Shown here: piece after piece, positions 7,177 through 16,549 of the stretch
Layout: each line of letters opens with the position of its first letter
Numbering within the stretch: the first letter of the stretch is position 1
Position numbers and translations under genes: made by a program
Notes under the pieces: generated by a model
What the model was told of the DNA's origin: nothing
What the model saw: only the letters and a program-made list of their open reading frames with translations
Databases searched by the model: none
DNA from: a virus
Reading direction: 5' to 3' (one strand)
Virus record (IMG/VR): IMGVR_UViG_3300045988_093257
Coordinates: 1 to 42,083 of that record
DNA length: 42,083 bases

Positions 7177-7836
7177 TTATTTCGTTGGGTCGTCATAATA
7201 CATAATCAAGTTACCGTCTTTATCTAAAATAAATGTAGGAACGATAACACCGCCAGTTTCGCCTTTATCGCCTTTTTCTCCTTTTAAACCTTGTGGACCT
7301 TGTGCACCAGTATCTCCTTTTATTCCTTGTGGTCCTTGTACCCCTCGGTCGCCTTTATCGCCTTTATCTCCCTTGTCTCCCTTTAGACCTTGCTGCCCTC
7401 TCAAGGGCATGGAGTCATAAGTATTTCCATCTTCCACTGTGATATGCATCGTGGAATCATCTTTAAATTCGATAGATTTGATACCGTACCCTCTGTCTCC
7501 CTTGTCTCCTTTATCGCCTTGGTCGCCTTTTTCTCCGTTGTAGTACTTGAACTTGCTTGTATTGCCATTTGTAAGTACAACTGCAAATTCGTTTTCACCA
7601 CCGTTTTCATGCGATAATTTTGTCTGAGTAACAGATAGTACACCAGTTCCAAAGATTTCGTTTACTTCTACATCGACTGCATGTTCAGTCTGCGTAGCAC
7701 TCAAATAAACTTTTCTATCTTCATTCAATACTGTTACATTTACTTGTGTACTATCTTTGGTTGAATCAATTGCAAAGTCTCTATCTTCATTCAATACTGT
7801 TAAATTTACTTGTGTACTACCTTTGATTGAATCCAT
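7177..7836 (-). CDS. Collagen-like tail fibre protein with an N-terminal 22-aa tandem duplication
   Basis: GEKGDQGDKGDKGDRG and [49 protein letters not shown]. Start at ATG 7836 (TAATG overlap, GAGGAGA RBS) rather than the upstream TTG. Confidence 0.8.
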   Translation of the reverse strand: MDSIKGSTQVNLTVLNEDRDFAIDSTKDSTQVNVTVLNEDRKVYLSATQTEHAVDVEVNEIFGTGVLSVTQTKLSHENGGENEFAVVLTNGNTSKFKYYNGEKGDQGDKGDKGDRGYGIKSIEFKDDSTMHITVEDGNTYDSMPLRGQQGLKGDKGDKGDKGDRGVQGPQGIKGDTGAQGPQGLKGEKGDKGETGGVIVPTFILDKDGNLIMYYDDPTK

Positions 7837-8144
7837 TACCAAGTCTCCTCGTGAATTTCATCAATTACCTTTTCACTTGTATAGTCTGTACTTGAAACAG
7901 TACCGTCTTTAAATTTCAGTTTAATCTGCCATTTGACACTACCTTTTGAGAAACTAGCAGTTTCTTCTTGTGACAGTGTGAAGTAGCACCCAGTACTCGT
8001 GAAACCACTTCTTCCATCATTGTCAGAAACATGCTTTGCAAACATGACACCCGAAGATGTCTGCTCGAATGCCAAGCAAACATCCTCGATGTTTTTCATG
8101 TCTGAAATAGTAATGTCGTATGTTGGTGTTGTTCCACGTCTCAT
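7836..8144 (-). CDS. Hypothetical protein between the giant gene and the fibre genes
   Basis: 102 aa, AAGGAGA RBS, beta-rich sequence; no motif recognised. Confidence 0.6.
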   Translation of the reverse strand: MRRGTTPTYDITISDMKNIEDVCLAFEQTSSGVMFAKHVSDNDGRSGFTSTGCYFTLSQEETASFSKGSVKWQIKLKFKDGTVSSTDYTSEKVIDEIHEETW

Positions 8145-8153
8145 ACGCTCTCC

Positions 8154-11100
8154 TTACTTCTTGCCTTTGTTTACTAGAGTCTGCAATTTGCTGATTCTAG
8201 TATTATGGCTATTTACAGTTGAATTGTATAAACTCTGCAACTGTGACTGAGTCAAACCACTGGATGTCTTAGATGCACCTTTATTGATAGCTTTCAATGC
8301 ACCACTGATGTCAAACGTAGGTGTTTCCTCTGTTGTAGCACTGCTTGAACTGCTGCTTGAACTTCTTCTAGACCCACTTGAACGTCTTGAACTGCTTCTA
8401 GAACGTCCACTGTATGACCGCCTGTTAGACGAACCACCACTAGATGAATCATCGTCATCGTCTTCACTAGTTTTTTGTACTTTCAAACCTAGCAATTTTT
8501 CTACTTGCTTAGATGTAAGTCCAAACTGAGTGATATTGTCATAGTTGAACGACCCGTCTCTGATACCTTCCTTGAATCCTTCAAGCACTCCATCTTCTTC
8601 CATCTGAGCAATAATCTTTTCGGCTCTAGAGTTCATGACTGTCTTACCGTCTTTCTTGTCGCCTTTGATAGTCTTGTAGTTAGCAAATGTTCCATAGTCG
8701 ATATCGTGAGCAGTCAGTGCATCAGCAAACTTCTGATTTTCTCCAAGTTCCTCATATGTATCATGTCGTCTCTTTAGGTCTGATGTTGTATTAGAACCTT
8801 CAATAAGTCCATTATCCAAATCGTCTAGCTTGTACTCATATTCTTGCTGAGACATTTTTGCTACTGTAGATGAAAGTCCAACATTGTACAAATCTGTGAT
8901 TTTTCTTTCCTTGTACAAGTCCATAACGTTGTCGTAAAGTCCAAGAGTTTCTAACAGTCGTCTGTTTCTCAATGGTTTGGAAATAGAAATTGATGCACCT
9001 TTACTGTCTGTTTCAGTTGGCTGACTCTGCAAGTACTTAGTTAGGAATACTGGAATACCGTTTTCAGCAAGGCTCTGTGTTGCTTTTGTAGAACTTGTAA
9101 GAACTGAGCTTGCTTCTGTAGGATTTGTACGCTTATACAGTTTAGCCTTTGCTTCATAGAAGTAATGGCTCTTGATTTTGCCTAGCAGTTCAGCTACTTG
9201 TGTTGCATCTTCTCTGTTGTTCAAATTATAGCCATCCAAGATACCACTTTCAAACAAGCTATGCACTTGATTGTTGTAGTTCTTGAGCATGTACTGATTA
9301 AGGTCGTGACGTTCCTCTGCATTCATCTTTGTACCTTGAATTGATGAAGATACATATGGAAGTACATTAGAATCTCCACTCTTTTCTGCAATCTTTTCTA
9401 GCTTTTTAGTATAGGAGTCTCCTCCCTTTCCATATGTTTTATCGTATGGCTTGTATGTACCAATACTTAAATAAGTATATAAGGCACGCATGATAGGATT
9501 GTCTCCACCAACGTTTTCTACATCATTACCGTAAACATCTACTTGATTCTGTAGGTTCGCAGCCATGAAAGGAATTGCAGTCTGTGCAGAGTTAAGAATC
9601 TGACCTATAGTGTTGTCATCATAAGTACTCTTTTTGTACTTATTAAGTACTGTATTGATATGCTTTCCCGCACTTGGGAAGAACTGGGTAATATATGTTT
9701 TCAGAATATTTGTACCTAGTTTTCTAACCGCTTCTGAATCTTTGTCGTCATAGTTTGTACTGCCACCAAGTTGTTTTAGAGTACTTACAAGTCCACTCAT
9801 GAATGATGCATTAACGAATGGGTCTGCAATACTTGTAACTGCGTCAAGAGCATCGGTTGTGCTGAATCCTTTCTCTTCCATAATCTTCATTGCAGTTACA
9901 CCAGTAAACAAAGGTACATTTGCTACAGATAGCCATGATAATGAGTATGTTCCATTTGGAAGATTTAAAGAGTATGACTGTTTACCTCTGCTTTCTTCAA
10001 AACTGTCTTTATCATCGTCTCCAGTAGTTCCATTCAAGATTCCTTGTGAGAATAGATATGCACCCAATACCATGATTGATGAGCCAGTCATACCTTTAGA
10101 CAAGTGTCTGATTGCTTGGTCAGCAGTGCATCTACCACTCTGAACACCTTTAGTCATTTCATATACACCCTTCATAAGTCCAATAGGGCTATATGTAACT
10201 GAGTTCTTAGCAATATTGATAGGTGTTTTTGCGAATGGCATCACTGCATTAGCAAATAGTGCTTGAAGAGGACCTTTCTGTTTAAATTTATTAATAGTTT
10301 CAGCTGTTCCACTCGCTTGATGGAATACTGCTTCTTGTGCTTCGATAATGGAATACTCATTAGCTTTGCTCATTAGAGTTTCTGCTTTAGTACTGTCTAA
10401 TACATTACCGTTTTTATCAGTAAACTTGTAGACAGTTCCATTTTCGCCTTTTTCAATGCTTGCAGTGTATCCCTTTGAATCAATGTATCTAGCCCACTCA
10501 CTAGCGTAACTGCTTCTAAAGAATGCACTATCGCCAAATACTCCATTGTTCAAAAGCCAGTTTGTAAGCTTTTCTGCGTTGTGCATCACACCTACATTGA
10601 AGTCATCGCCAAATACTGCCTTTGCTGCTTTAGCAAGAGCATCGTGTGTCATGTTTCCATTTTCGTTGCCTAAGTATTTTTGAAGAATCTTTGATTCTCT
10701 TCCTACAAATGTTTCTTCTCTGAAAGCATCTTTAAACTTGCTCTTTGCATCTACATTGTTTCCAGTATTTCCTAGTGCATCGCCACTGGCAAATCTACCG
10801 TTGAAGTCTCCAGTAGCTCCTTCTTCTCCACCAATTTCCTTTAGGAATTGTTCTGCAACTGCTTTATTAGCTTTTGTAGCCTTAGCAAGTGTTCCATCTT
10901 CACGTAGGAAACTGCTTTCTGACAGTAATGCTTTTGCTTTTGCAGATTGATTGTAGGACTCGACTACCATCTTCTGAATGGAGTCAGCATTTTCTTTCAA
11001 AAATTTAGCAGTGAAATGACCATTTTTTGTTAAAGCACCTTCTTGTTCAGCAAGTTCAGCGAGTTTTGTTCCTACATTATGTTGTAGTCTGTTCTTGAAG

Positions 11101-14100
11101 TCAGCGTTACGGTTCAAGAATGCATCAACATTATCTGCTCCGCCCTTCCACTTCTTGATATCCTTTGCCAGTATACCGTCTGCCTTGACATTACTGTTTT
11201 TGTTCATGATTTCTTTCACTGCATTAGCTACAACTTTGTTACTGAAATCATAGTAGTATTTGCTCTTGGCATCTGTTAAATCCAATTCAGCATTCTGGAA
11301 ATAGCCCGCTTTGTCTAATGCGAGTGAAATTGTGCTTGAACCGATATTTGAGAACTTACTTAAATATTCAGATGTCAAGTTACCTACAATATTACGTAAG
11401 TTAGTAGGAACAGAAAGAAGCATAGAGATATTTCGATAAGAAGTAATCTTATCTCTGAACTTTCTTGGTGTCTGACGAGCCAAGTCCTTAACAATTTCGT
11501 CAAACAGTTCTCCTTGCTTGGAACTGTTGTTTTCTGCTACATCAAACTGTTTCATCAATTCTTCATCAATCTTTAAGATATGCTCGCCATTCTTGTTTTG
11601 ACCGTTCTTGTCAATCATTGCTTGTGTTTCTTTGACGAGTTTCTGCAAGTCATAGATTTTTTCTTCTTTAGGCATTGCAGACCACAGTTTTTGCATATTT
11701 CGCATCTTGACTGCACTCTTTGACGCTTCTTCCAAAACGAGTTTTCTTGCTTCTGTTGCGTTTGTTGCAGAGTCTTGCAAAGCCTTTGTTAGCTCATTAT
11801 GAATTTCGTTCCCTTCTGCGTCTTTAACAACATAAGAAACTCCATTGTCGCCAAAATTTCTAGTCACGTCTAACCCTTGCTTTTCAAGTTTTGCACGATA
11901 GCTATTTTCAATGTCTGCCAACTGAATTGTAGCTTCTGTTACATATTCTTGTTCATACTGATGCTCATTGCTTAGATAACCATCTTTTCTAGTAGACTTG
12001 AGCGAATTTTCTTGTGCCTTTTTAATGTCTTTCAGTATTTCATTAGAACTGTTTACATCTAGTTTCCCATCTTTCTTGAACGCATCAATTCTTTCTTGAG
12101 CACTCTTTAATGTATCAGCGTCTTTAGCAGTTTCATATCTAAACTCATTGTTTTCAGATGCTTCTCTTGCGTTTGCACGTTGTTCAGCATTTTCTCCATG
12201 TTTTCCTTGTGCAGCATCACGAACACCTTTATATGCTTTGGTAATAACATCTTCTGCAACATCTGTAACTGCATCTGCAAGTTTATTGTCGATATCCTTG
12301 CCAGTGAGTTCTTTTGCAGCCTTTTTATTATCTTCACGTACAGTTTCTTTTACTGCTTGTTTTGTCTCTTCTGATGCATTTGACGATTCACGCAGTACAT
12401 TTCCCAGTTCTGTCTTATTGCCAGCTTCTGATGCTTTCTTGGCACGCTCATTCAGTTCTTGTGCAGACTGTCTGTCAGATTCAAAATCCGTTCTTTCTTG
12501 AGGGCTTCTAAGTTTGAAAGCGTTCATACCTTGCTCATACATTTTTTTTCTGTCAGCTAGAACTTGGTTCTTCTGTTCATTAGTCATGCCATTAGGGTCT
12601 GTACCTAAGTCAATCGTATCAGTTCCATACTGTTCAGCCTTAGTTGTTGGGTTAACTGTACCAGTTTGATAAGCGTTGTTTGGATTTTCTTTACGTTCTT
12701 TGAAAAATGCTTCTTTCTGTTCGTTAGTTAATCCATTTTGCTCAGAAGGTAATTCTGTATTAAGCACTAATGTACCATCTTCTACATCACCTTTTTGCGT
12801 ATCTTCTGATGGCATTGGCTTTTCAGCAACATATACATTGTCTGCTTTTAATGAATAACCTTTTTCCAAAGTTTGACGTAATGTTTCGTCTAAGTTTATG
12901 CTTTTATCTTTTAAGATTGATTTATCAAACGTAATTCCATTGTCGCCATTAAGTTTTGCAAAAACTTTCTCGCCATTAACATTTACATTATCTGCAAACT
13001 CAACTGCAAGATTATTGTCATTTACACTTTTAATGAAAGCATTTGTCTGCTGATTTGTTCTTTCATTTCCGATTGTATTTCTAATTGCTTCTGCTTGGAT
13101 ATCTCTAGCATACTGTTTGAATGTTTCATTACTGTTGTTGACCATGTAATCAGAAACTACACCATTGTCATGGTTGATATTGTATTGTGTCTTGTCGATA
13201 ATACTCTTTGAAGTATCGTTCTTTGTGATTCCGTAGTTTTCTTTTGCAAGATTGTAGTCACTGACAACACGACCAAAATCCTTTTCAGTTTCTGTTCCAT
13301 GTTCTTGAATGAATTTATTATTTTCCGACCTTGCTTTTGCCTTGCTTACAGTATCTGCGATTGAGTATGGTGCGTTAGCAAGCAATGCACTTGCACTTCC
13401 CATGATACCTTGTTTAACCAAGTCTCCACTTGTAATTGATTTTCCTAGTTCCTTAGTACCTTGCTTAAGCCCTTCTACAACACTGTTAGCAGTTAGAATC
13501 TGATTGATGTATGGTTCCAACACGCCGCCAGCCACTTCTTCAAGACCTTCTTCAAGAATGTCATTGATGTTCAGCTTCTGATAGCCTGGAATGACTTTAT
13601 CCATCATTTCAGTTCCAACTTCTTTACTCGCACTAGCCAATGCATATAGGTTTGCACGAGCGAATAGGTCGTTATTGATATCAGAGTATTTATCAGCGTT
13701 GTTCTGTGCCATGTAGTTGTTCATAGCATTAGACATTTCACTTCCGTAAACGTTAGAAGCCATTAATCCTAAAGTACCAAATTTACCTACACCACTAAGA
13801 CCTAAAAGAGTCTGAGGTAGCATGTTACCTACTGATGAGAAAGTCTGACCGATAGCATTACTGTAGACAGAGTTATTGTCTTGCATTGCCTTGTCAGCAG
13901 CAGCAGTAGCATTGTACATATCTTGTGCAAAGCCACCAGCCTTATCTTGCAATGTATTGTTTCCTACAACTCTGCCTACTGTAGCTAATGCATTTGCTGG
14001 AGACTGCAATCCACTTGATACTGCATTTTCAACACCTTTTACATACGATGCATTTGTGTCCGCAATTACTCCTAACAGTGCATTTCTATCCAAGTTCTTC

Positions 14101-14840
14101 TGAACAGTCTCACTGCTTTCAGTAGCTTTCTTGTTCAGCTTGCTTACTTGTGTAGCATCATTCAGATTGATTTTATTAGTCTTTTTATTCTTCCATGTAG
14201 GATTGTCTACTTGCCCGTTTCTAGAAAGTGCAGTCTGTGCATCTGCCAAATCAATGTTTGCTTGACTGTTCTCATTCAGTCTCCTCTGACGCAGTTCACT
14301 GTCAATAAAGTTTTCCTTGATTGTCTGCCCTTGCTTCTTAACTGCATTTGAAACTGTTGTCTTTGCATTATTGACAGACTTTTCGAGTTCAGCACGTTTC
14401 TGTTTGAACACTTCATTCTGAATCTTTGCCTTTGCATCTGCATCACTTGTCTTGTTTCCGTTACGCATTGCATTTTGGTCGATAGATGTCTGAATTGCCT
14501 TGTTTACAGACTTGTTGGAACTCTTGAATGGATTTACTTCATACAGTTTCTGATGGTTCTCTGCAATCTTGGCTTCTCTCTGTGCTTGCTTCTGATTTCT
14601 TACTTCAATTCCACTCTTCTGTGTAGAAGAAGAACCCCCACCGCTTTTAGCAGTAGGGGTATTTTTTGAGGATTCAGATGACTTATTATTATTTTTTGTA
14701 TTGCTTTTTGTATTTTTCTTTTCAAGACTTTTCTTGTACTGTTCATTCTTGACACTACTGTTGATTTTAGTCTTGTCATTTGGGTCGTAGAATCCAGCTC
14801 CTCCGCCCCAGTTAATCTTCTTTGATTTCTTTTTCGCCAT
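8154..14840 (-). CDS. Giant 2228-aa protein; candidate virion internal/ejection or polyvalent protein
   Basis: Uninterrupted ORF with a TAGGAGG RBS. Lys/Asn/Ser-rich basic N-terminus and long charged helical regions. Hydrophobic Gly-rich segments (LLGLSGVGKFGTLGLMA; SSIMVLGAYLFSQGIL; LSWLSVANVPLFTGVTAM). D5 patch followed by an Arg/Ser-rich tail. No catalytic motif recognised. Confidence 0.8.
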   Translation of the reverse strand: MAKKKSKKINWGGGAGFYDPNDKTKINSSVKNEQYKKSLEKKNTKSNTKNNNKSSESSKNTPTAKSGGGSSSTQKSGIEVRNQKQAQREAKIAENHQKLYEVNPFKSSNKSVNKAIQTSIDQNAMRNGNKTSDADAKAKIQNEVFKQKRAELEKSVNNAKTTVSNAVKKQGQTIKENFIDSELRQRRLNENSQANIDLADAQTALSRNGQVDNPTWKNKKTNKINLNDATQVSKLNKKATESSETVQKNLDRNALLGVIADTNASYVKGVENAVSSGLQSPANALATVGRVVGNNTLQDKAGGFAQDMYNATAAADKAMQDNNSVYSNAIGQTFSSVGNMLPQTLLGLSGVGKFGTLGLMASNVYGSEMSNAMNNYMAQNNADKYSDINNDLFARANLYALASASKEVGTEMMDKVIPGYQKLNINDILEEGLEEVAGGVLEPYINQILTANSVVEGLKQGTKELGKSITSGDLVKQGIMGSASALLANAPYSIADTVSKAKARSENNKFIQEHGTETEKDFGRVVSDYNLAKENYGITKNDTSKSIIDKTQYNINHDNGVVSDYMVNNSNETFKQYARDIQAEAIRNTIGNERTNQQTNAFIKSVNDNNLAVEFADNVNVNGEKVFAKLNGDNGITFDKSILKDKSINLDETLRQTLEKGYSLKADNVYVAEKPMPSEDTQKGDVEDGTLVLNTELPSEQNGLTNEQKEAFFKERKENPNNAYQTGTVNPTTKAEQYGTDTIDLGTDPNGMTNEQKNQVLADRKKMYEQGMNAFKLRSPQERTDFESDRQSAQELNERAKKASEAGNKTELGNVLRESSNASEETKQAVKETVREDNKKAAKELTGKDIDNKLADAVTDVAEDVITKAYKGVRDAAQGKHGENAEQRANAREASENNEFRYETAKDADTLKSAQERIDAFKKDGKLDVNSSNEILKDIKKAQENSLKSTRKDGYLSNEHQYEQEYVTEATIQLADIENSYRAKLEKQGLDVTRNFGDNGVSYVVKDAEGNEIHNELTKALQDSATNATEARKLVLEEASKSAVKMRNMQKLWSAMPKEEKIYDLQKLVKETQAMIDKNGQNKNGEHILKIDEELMKQFDVAENNSSKQGELFDEIVKDLARQTPRKFRDKITSYRNISMLLSVPTNLRNIVGNLTSEYLSKFSNIGSSTISLALDKAGYFQNAELDLTDAKSKYYYDFSNKVVANAVKEIMNKNSNVKADGILAKDIKKWKGGADNVDAFLNRNADFKNRLQHNVGTKLAELAEQEGALTKNGHFTAKFLKENADSIQKMVVESYNQSAKAKALLSESSFLREDGTLAKATKANKAVAEQFLKEIGGEEGATGDFNGRFASGDALGNTGNNVDAKSKFKDAFREETFVGRESKILQKYLGNENGNMTHDALAKAAKAVFGDDFNVGVMHNAEKLTNWLLNNGVFGDSAFFRSSYASEWARYIDSKGYTASIEKGENGTVYKFTDKNGNVLDSTKAETLMSKANEYSIIEAQEAVFHQASGTAETINKFKQKGPLQALFANAVMPFAKTPINIAKNSVTYSPIGLMKGVYEMTKGVQSGRCTADQAIRHLSKGMTGSSIMVLGAYLFSQGILNGTTGDDDKDSFEESRGKQSYSLNLPNGTYSLSWLSVANVPLFTGVTAMKIMEEKGFSTTDALDAVTSIADPFVNASFMSGLVSTLKQLGGSTNYDDKDSEAVRKLGTNILKTYITQFFPSAGKHINTVLNKYKKSTYDDNTIGQILNSAQTAIPFMAANLQNQVDVYGNDVENVGGDNPIMRALYTYLSIGTYKPYDKTYGKGGDSYTKKLEKIAEKSGDSNVLPYVSSSIQGTKMNAEERHDLNQYMLKNYNNQVHSLFESGILDGYNLNNREDATQVAELLGKIKSHYFYEAKAKLYKRTNPTEASSVLTSSTKATQSLAENGIPVFLTKYLQSQPTETDSKGASISISKPLRNRRLLETLGLYDNVMDLYKERKITDLYNVGLSSTVAKMSQQEYEYKLDDLDNGLIEGSNTTSDLKRRHDTYEELGENQKFADALTAHDIDYGTFANYKTIKGDKKDGKTVMNSRAEKIIAQMEEDGVLEGFKEGIRDGSFNYDNITQFGLTSKQVEKLLGLKVQKTSEDDDDDSSSGGSSNRRSYSGRSRSSSRRSSGSRRSSSSSSSSATTEETPTFDISGALKAINKGASKTSSGLTQSQLQSLYNSTVNSHNTRISKLQTLVNKGKK

Positions 14841-14849
14841 GAGAACCTC

Positions 14850-15008
14850 CTATTTGTATGTTCCGTTTCTTCTTACGTATCTTTGATTCTGTGCAGTCTT
14901 ATGCATGTTGTTACGCATCTGTCTTGCAATTGTTCTCATTCGTGCATAAGGACTGTTCTGTTTCATTGGAGAAACACCAACAACTGGCTTGACTGGACTA
15001 GATGTCAT
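14850..15008 (-). CDS. Small basic protein (52 aa), below the ORF-track cutoff
   Basis: ATG 15008 overlaps the upstream stop by 11 nt. Its TAG stop is part of the giant gene's RBS. Sequence MTSSPVKPVV...RYVRRNGTYK. Confidence 0.4.
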   Translation of the reverse strand: MTSSPVKPVVGVSPMKQNSPYARMRTIARQMRNNMHKTAQNQRYVRRNGTYK

Positions 15009-15885
15009 ATCCTAAGCTCGCAAGTAATCTAGCATATGCTGATACACCGTCTCTAGTTGTTCCACCATTTGCATTAGTTGGTGTAGCAAATGCTCCATTC
15101 ATTGTATTCAGTGCTTGCTGATAGTAGTCTGAACCACTTGGACTGTAGCCACTGTAGTTAGAGTTGATGATATTCTGCAATGCAGTTGTATAGTTATCTA
15201 ATGTAGTGTTGTTGTTGGCTGCTTTCTGTTGTGCAATGTTAGCCCACATGCTCGCAATACTGTCTTGGATATTCTGTCTTTCAGCCATTTCTTGTGAATT
15301 GATTTTGTTCAGAGTGTTATTGTACGCATTGCCAGTTACAAGGTTTTCATAACGACCCGTCCCACTGTTCAATGCACCTCTGTTTGCAAGTGCTTCACGC
15401 TGATTGTACAAAGCACGCATGTAGTTCACATCATTCTGATTTCTGAGTGTCTGATAGTCGCCCTGAGCTTGTTGAAGACTTGTGTTGTACTTACCTTCTA
15501 ATGCTTTGCCTTGCTGGTCTAATGCACTGTTAGCCGCATTGACTGCATCAGTTCTAGCTTGCATAGCCGCCTTTAACGCTGCTGCTTGTGCTGCTGCTCT
15601 TTCTTGGGCTTCTCTTTCTGCTTGTTGAGCTGCTAATTCTTCTGCACTTGGTCCACTTGAAGCGTAACTGGTAGAATATCGTCTTGAACCTCCACCAGTA
15701 CCGCCACCTCCACCGCTATTACTTGGTGGGTTGTTCTTCTGCTTGTATGGATACGGTTGGACTCTGTATCCCGCATTTTTCATTGCACCATGTACTGTGG
15801 AAGAACCAGTAACTTTTTTACCAGTTTTCTTGTTTACGTATGTTCGGTCTTTGCTTCCACCGCCACCATTATTGATAAATGCCAT
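14998..15885 (-). CDS. Gly-rich / Ala-Gln-rich low-complexity protein, function unknown
   Basis: 295 aa, AGGAGGG RBS 11 nt after the preceding gene. Contains GGGGGTGGG and AAQQAEREAQERAAAQAAALKAAMQ tracts. Confidence 0.65.
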   Translation of the reverse strand: MAFINNGGGGSKDRTYVNKKTGKKVTGSSTVHGAMKNAGYRVQPYPYKQKNNPPSNSGGGGGTGGGSRRYSTSYASSGPSAEELAAQQAEREAQERAAAQAAALKAAMQARTDAVNAANSALDQQGKALEGKYNTSLQQAQGDYQTLRNQNDVNYMRALYNQREALANRGALNSGTGRYENLVTGNAYNNTLNKINSQEMAERQNIQDSIASMWANIAQQKAANNNTTLDNYTTALQNIINSNYSGYSPSGSDYYQQALNTMNGAFATPTNANGGTTRDGVSAYARLLASLGYDI

Positions 15886-15896
15886 AGGTTTCCCTC

Positions 15897-16268
15897 CTAA
15901 AAGTCGTTGTTTGCATATGCTTTTTCATACACATGTTTTATGTTCTTGATTGCTAATACTGCCTTATTGTTCGGATAGTTAGGATTTCTTTTGCAGAAGT
16001 CCTCATAACCGTTTATAGCTTCTATTGCATCATTAAATTCTTCTTCATCATGATGTACACCTCTTTTGATTTCTCCATTGAATCTCAAGATGCGTGTACG
16101 ATATGTTTCTGCTTGATTCTTGTCTACCTTGTAGTCAAGTTCTTTCAGCTTCTGTAACATTACTTTATTGCTAGTATTTGAAAATGTATTCTGTACCCAG
16201 TTTCCAAACCATTGACTGCCTAGCATTGCAACAATGATGGCAACAACAGTAGAAGAATCTACTGACAT
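15897..16268 (-). CDS. Membrane-anchored protein of the lysis cassette (possible second holin or lysis regulator)
   Basis: 123 aa with an N-terminal hydrophobic helix VVAIIVAMLGSQWFGNW; 1-nt start/stop overlap with the holin gene. Confidence 0.55.
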   Translation of the reverse strand: MSVDSSTVVAIIVAMLGSQWFGNWVQNTFSNTSNKVMLQKLKELDYKVDKNQAETYRTRILRFNGEIKRGVHHDEEEFNDAIEAINGYEDFCKRNPNYPNNKAVLAIKNIKHVYEKAYANNDF

Positions 16269-16540
16269 TACCCCTCTCCGTTTGTTTCTTTTTGTTTATC
16301 TTCGCAGACTAAATCAACTACTGCTTCTTCTTCTGCATCTAATTCGGGTTTCATATTTGCTTGAGATACACCAATCAATGTACCTACAAATACACCTAAT
16401 GAAGTACAAGTAGTAGCAATTGCATCAGCATAAGGCAATCCCCAAACTGGGAAAACTGCCTTTACAAGTGTTGCGGTAGCGGGTAATACAAGTAATCCTA
16501 CCCATTTCAAAATGTTATATTGTTTATCACTTAAAACCAT
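16268..16540 (-). CDS. Holin
   Basis: 90 aa with two hydrophobic helices (KWVGLLVLPATATLVKAVFPVWGLPY; TSLGVFVGTLIGV) and a charged C-terminus, immediately downstream of the endolysin. Confidence 0.7.
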   Translation of the reverse strand: MVLSDKQYNILKWVGLLVLPATATLVKAVFPVWGLPYADAIATTCTSLGVFVGTLIGVSQANMKPELDAEEEAVVDLVCEDKQKETNGEG

Positions 16541-16549
16541 AATTTCCTC

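Noticed and set aside
8284-14669. Numerous 60-117-aa ORFs on the + strand and in alternative minus-strand frames inside the giant gene (e.g. 9799..10143, 12107..12337, 12148..12501, 14276..14473)
   Set aside because: All lie within an uninterrupted 6.7-kb ORF and have low-complexity Ser/Leu/Phe-rich translations typical of off-frame or antisense reading. None has an RBS.
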